Shown here one piece after another: positions 61,120 to 64,000 of a stretch of 64,000 nucleotides of DNA (position 1 is the stretch's first letter; each line of letters opens with the position of its first letter). Origin of the DNA: an uncultured Candidatus Saccharibacteria bacterium (GTDB lineage Bacteria > Patescibacteriota > Minisyncoccia > Phycocordibacterales > DATDWN01); assembly GCA_964586695.1 (NCBI GenBank), contig CAZPGQ010000002.1:6337-70336 (forward strand), written 5' to 3'. The translations under genes and the position numbers were made by a program. Below the pieces are notes generated by a model that saw only the letters and a program-made list of their open reading frames with translations, was not told where the DNA came from and searched no databases.

Positions 61120-61305
61120 TTACCAAGAACTTTTCTTGATTCCTGGGATCTTACCTTCGTTAGCCAACTCTCTGAAGCAGATTCTGCAAAGACCAAAGTC
61201 TCGCATGAATCCTCTTCCACGACCACATCGAAAACATCGGTTAGTAGCTTTTGTACTAAATTTTGGTTTCTTTGCAGCTCGTGCTTTTACAGATGTTTTT
61301 GCCAT
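61120..61305 (-). CDS. rpsN: 30S ribosomal protein S14 (Zn-binding type)
   Basis: RCFRCGR...[10 protein letters not shown]...KSSW. Confidence 0.96.
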   Translation of the reverse strand: MAKTSVKARAAKKPKFSTKATNRCFRCGRGRGFMRDFGLCRICFRELANEGKIPGIKKSSW

Positions 61306-61343
61306 TGATTTTGTAAATAAAAAAGCTTTTTCAAGCTGGGGTT

Positions 61344-61372
61344 ATACTACCAATAAGGCAGAAAAAAGTCAA
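61344..61372 (-). promoter_or_regulatory. Sigma70-type promoter re-starting the spc operon at rpsN
   Basis: TTGACT-17-TAGTAT immediately downstream of the cassette terminator. Confidence 0.6.
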
Positions 61373-61908
61373 CGAAAACGAACCAGCCGGCACCAAAGTG
61401 GTGCCGGCTATGATGGTCACTGACGACCATCGAGGAACTTGGAACGGGAAGCGACATACTTCTCCAGATCTTGAAGGGCTCTCTCAATATCTACCGGATC
61501 CCGATAGTGGCTGAGAACATCTGATATCAATTCGGGAATTTGTTCCATCGACAAATATCCGAATTGTCATAACGTATCCAGACACACTGTCAGAGGATTC
61601 TACAACGTAGTACCCATCAAGCACCCTCCACTCTTCCACCTTGAAGCGTGGTTCTGTGAGGAGCTTACGGTACTTACTTGAGAGCTTCTCCTCCCTCTTT
61701 TCCCTTAACCAGCGCCTGTACCCCTGACCGATTTTCTTTATACCCACCCAGTATCTCTTGGCGAGCACCGTCAGTGTACTTGTAGGGATTGCACATCCCA
61801 TACCAAGTGCAAATCCGAGCAGTATTCCACTCAAATCCATATCCCGCCCCCCCTAAACAAGGGTATTCTGAATTATAAAAAAGTCAACGAAAACGAATCA
61901 GCCGGCAC
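61362..61908. repeat. 32-bp direct repeat (61362-61393 and 61877-61908, 1 mismatch) bracketing one orphan cassette
   Basis: AAAAAAGTCAACGAAAACGAA(C/T)CAGCCGGCAC, each continuing into a GCCGGCA...TGCCGGC hairpin. Confidence 0.85.
61484..61840 (-). CDS. Orphan membrane-anchored protein, possibly frameshifted (alternative frame continues to TGA at 61417)
   Basis: N-terminal hydrophobic segment and basic helix; G-rich SD; the shifted frame reads HYRDPVDIERALQDLEKYVASRSKFLDGRQ*, ending at the terminator. Confidence 0.55.
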   Translation of the reverse strand: MDLSGILLGFALGMGCAIPTSTLTVLAKRYWVGIKKIGQGYRRWLREKREEKLSSKYRKLLTEPRFKVEEWRVLDGYYVVESSDSVSGYVMTIRIFVDGTNSRIDIRCSQPLSGSGRY

Positions 61909-61934
61909 ACCCATAGGGCATGCCGGCTTAGTAC

Positions 61935-62372
61935 TCAGAACCTTGAATCGAGAATTCGACCCAAGTAGATCGTTGTGAATGATATCACATCCTGAGCCGA
62001 CGCGTTTGCGTCGTATAACCGGATGCTCTTTCCCCAGCTAATGTTCCAGTGGATGTCACCCTTGGAACTTGATGACATATCCACCTCGATGTGGATAAGG
62101 GGGATCATATGTTCAGCCACCACAATATGGTGAGCGCCACCCTCTTCAGCACGAACCTGCACCACAAACTGACTACCGAAGTAGCCAGAGATCGCATTTG
62201 CGATCCTATTGGTGATGTTGTCTTGTGTCGACCGGAGCTTGTGGCTCCGTCGCTCTTTGCGGTACCTGACCAGCTTCTTCTGCTGACGGCTCTTGGCATC
62301 ATCGGCGCCAAGTTTCCAGCCAACGAAGAACACGAACAAATACGAAACGATGAGGTTCAGAAAGATGTACAT
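61935..62372 (-). CDS. Orphan membrane-anchored protein inserted in the spc operon
   Basis: AAGGA SD, MYIFLNLIVSYLFVFFVGW TM then a basic helix; promoter TTGACT-18-TATAAT (62477-62448). Confidence 0.65.
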   Translation of the reverse strand: MYIFLNLIVSYLFVFFVGWKLGADDAKSRQQKKLVRYRKERRSHKLRSTQDNITNRIANAISGYFGSQFVVQVRAEEGGAHHIVVAEHMIPLIHIEVDMSSSSKGDIHWNISWGKSIRLYDANASAQDVISFTTIYLGRILDSRF

Positions 62373-62494
62373 CTTACTATCCTTGTAGGGAGTAAACGTC
62401 CCTTGACGTATTGAGGAATTTGGGTACCTCAATTTACCACTATGTATATTATACCACACTTTATATATAAAAGTCAAGCATATAAGAGTATTAG

Positions 62495-62520
62495 AAAAAC
62501 CGCTCGATTGAGCGGTTTTT
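62495..62520. terminator. Intrinsic terminator after rplE
   Basis: AAAAACCGCTC-GATT-GAGCGGTTTTT. Confidence 0.75.
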
Positions 62521-62527
62521 CTTAGTA

Positions 62528-63073
62528 TTATTTCTTTGTGTCTGCTTTCTTAAATGGGAATCCTAGGTGGTTTAGGAAAGCTCTAGTTTCCTTTGGATTC
62601 TTTATGTTTGTTACTACTGTAACCGCAAGTCCAAACACATCCTTTAGTTCTTCATCTGAACATTCTGGGAAGATAGTGTTTTCCTTTATTCCCATAGTGT
62701 AGTTACCCATCTCATCCATGTTTGTTCCCAAACCTCGGAAGTCCTTTGTTCGAGGAATAGCGATGTTAATGAGCTTGTCTAGGAAGTCATACATTCTCGC
62801 ACCCCTTAGAGTTATCTGCATACCAACGATATCACCCTGTCGTGTTTTAAATGAAGCGATAGAAATCTTTGCACCTTTCTTTACTGGCTTTTGGCCTGTG
62901 ATTTTTGAAAGTCTGTCTACGATAAGTTCTATTTTCTTTTTATCCTTTACAGATCCAACACCAGCAGAAACAACCAGCTTCTCTATTTTTGGAGCCTGCA
63001 TCTTGTTCTTGTATCCGAACTCACCCTTTAGAGCGTCGAATGCTGTTGTTACTTTTGATTTTGTTGATTCCAT
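62528..63073 (-). CDS. rplE: 50S ribosomal protein L5
   Basis: ITGQKP, TLRGARMYDFLDKL and PRTKDFRG. Confidence 0.97.
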   Translation of the reverse strand: MESTKSKVTTAFDALKGEFGYKNKMQAPKIEKLVVSAGVGSVKDKKKIELIVDRLSKITGQKPVKKGAKISIASFKTRQGDIVGMQITLRGARMYDFLDKLINIAIPRTKDFRGLGTNMDEMGNYTMGIKENTIFPECSDEELKDVFGLAVTVVTNIKNPKETRAFLNHLGFPFKKADTKK

Positions 63074-63094
63074 GTTGGTTTAAGTTACTTTATC

Positions 63095-63313
63095 TTATTT
63101 AGCCTTCTTTACGTTTGAAGCTTGTATTGGCATAGTCTTGTCTACTATTTGTCCTTTTTCTCCTGCTTTTCGAGGCTTCTGGTGAACCTTTAGAACGTTT
63201 ACTCCAGAAACAACTATTCTTCCCTCTTTTGGCATAGACTTAAGAACTGTACCAGTCTTTCCCTTGTCTTTTCCTGTTAGAACTATTACTTTGTCGTCTT
63301 TTTTTACGTGCAT
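63095..63313 (-). CDS. rplX: 50S ribosomal protein L24 (short, 72 aa)
   Basis: KKDDKVIVLTGKDKGKTG; PIQASNV. Confidence 0.95.
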   Translation of the reverse strand: MHVKKDDKVIVLTGKDKGKTGTVLKSMPKEGRIVVSGVNVLKVHQKPRKAGEKGQIVDKTMPIQASNVKKAK

Positions 63314-63323
63314 ATATTTAAAA

Positions 63324-63701
63324 TTAAACTACTTCAGGAGCTAGAGAAATAATCTTCTGGTATCCAACTTCACCGATCTCTCGAGGGATGGGTCCGAATA
63401 CACGTCCAGCAACTGGCTCTTTCTTCTTGTCATCCTTCATAACGATAACAACTGCGTTCTCATCGAATCGTAGGTATGTTCCATCCTTTCTTCGGAAAGG
63501 AGCCTTTTGTCGAACAACGATACCGTAAACAACATCCTTCTTCTTTGTTCCCTTTCGAGGCTCTGCCTTCTGAACTGAAAGTACAACCAATTCACCGATA
63601 CTAGCGTATCTTTTCTTTGAGCTTCCAAGCACCTTGAAAATTCTTCCGAGCTTTGCTCCAGTGTTGTCAGCTATTTTAACTATTGATCTTGGTTGTATCA
63701 T
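63324..63701 (-). CDS. rplN: 50S ribosomal protein L14
   Basis: ADNTGAK, RFDENAVV, RVFGPIPRE and IISLAPEV. Confidence 0.97.
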   Translation of the reverse strand: MIQPRSIVKIADNTGAKLGRIFKVLGSSKKRYASIGELVVLSVQKAEPRKGTKKKDVVYGIVVRQKAPFRRKDGTYLRFDENAVVIVMKDDKKKEPVAGRVFGPIPREIGEVGYQKIISLAPEVV

Positions 63702-63716
63702 GGCTTTTAATGTTAT

Positions 63717-63977
63717 TTATATTACTCGGAATTTCTTGTCCTTTGAGATAGGAGCACACTCTTCGATAGTTACTTTGTCTCCAACTTTCTTTGTGTTTCC
63801 CTTGTCGTCTGCTTTGAATCTCTTGTCGATAGAGATGTATTTATCATACTTTGGGTGTTTTACAAAGCGAGAAACTTCAACAACGATAGTGTCTTTCATC
63901 TTGTCAGAAACAACTGTTCCAACTAGTTGTTTTCGTCCCTTCTTTACTTCTTCTGTTTTTTTAATAGTCTTTGTCAT
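63717..63977 (-). CDS. rpsQ: 30S ribosomal protein S17
   Basis: GTVVSDKMKDTIVV, HPKYDK and PISKDK. Confidence 0.96.
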   Translation of the reverse strand: MTKTIKKTEEVKKGRKQLVGTVVSDKMKDTIVVEVSRFVKHPKYDKYISIDKRFKADDKGNTKKVGDKVTIEECAPISKDKKFRVI

Positions 63978-63982
63978 GGTTT

Positions 63983-64000
63983 TTATTTAACTTCTGTAGG
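63983..64000 (-). CDS. 3' end of the upstream ribosomal protein gene (probably rpmC), truncated by the window
   Basis: ...PTEVK* just upstream of rpsQ; identity is from gene order only. Confidence 0.35.
   Translation of the reverse strand, partial: PTEVK

Overview
This AT-rich 64-kb window uses the standard genetic code and looks like a Patescibacteria/CPR (Parcubacteria-like) chromosome: rpmD is missing between rpsE and rplO, there is a tRNA-Ile(UAU), and the type IV pilus locus has no secretin. Main content in order: (1) a giant minus-strand surface-protein gene of at least 3149 codons that runs off the left edge and is missing from the ORF track, with about 39 GLUG-like units each carrying a glycine-rich insert; (2) tRNAs, gatA, gatC, ligA; (3) a type IV pilus/competence locus with three tandem pilins; (4) a 1858-aa G8/beta-helix/Ig-repeat protein; (5) malic enzyme, recG, ftsH, smpB-tmRNA, infC-rpmI-rplT, a likely 6S RNA, ndk, map, adk, secY and the spc operon. 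The strongest unexplained signals are non-coding. Four different tRNA genes (Met, fMet, Ser-ACT, Ile-TAT) each carry a 135-185 bp 3' appendage with the same layout: a hairpin, an inverted copy of that tRNA's own T-arm/acceptor end, a structured core, then a direct copy of the same 3' end. At the Ile locus a complete tRNA-Ile sits inside the anticodon loop of a second, split tRNA-Ile, between TATA-bounded inverted-repeat modules. Also seen are a rare tRNA-Ser(ACT), a second family of long palindromes anchored on stop codons, and five GC-richer orphan gene cassettes placed between core genes. All calls come from reading the sequence by eye; no database searches or folding programs were run.
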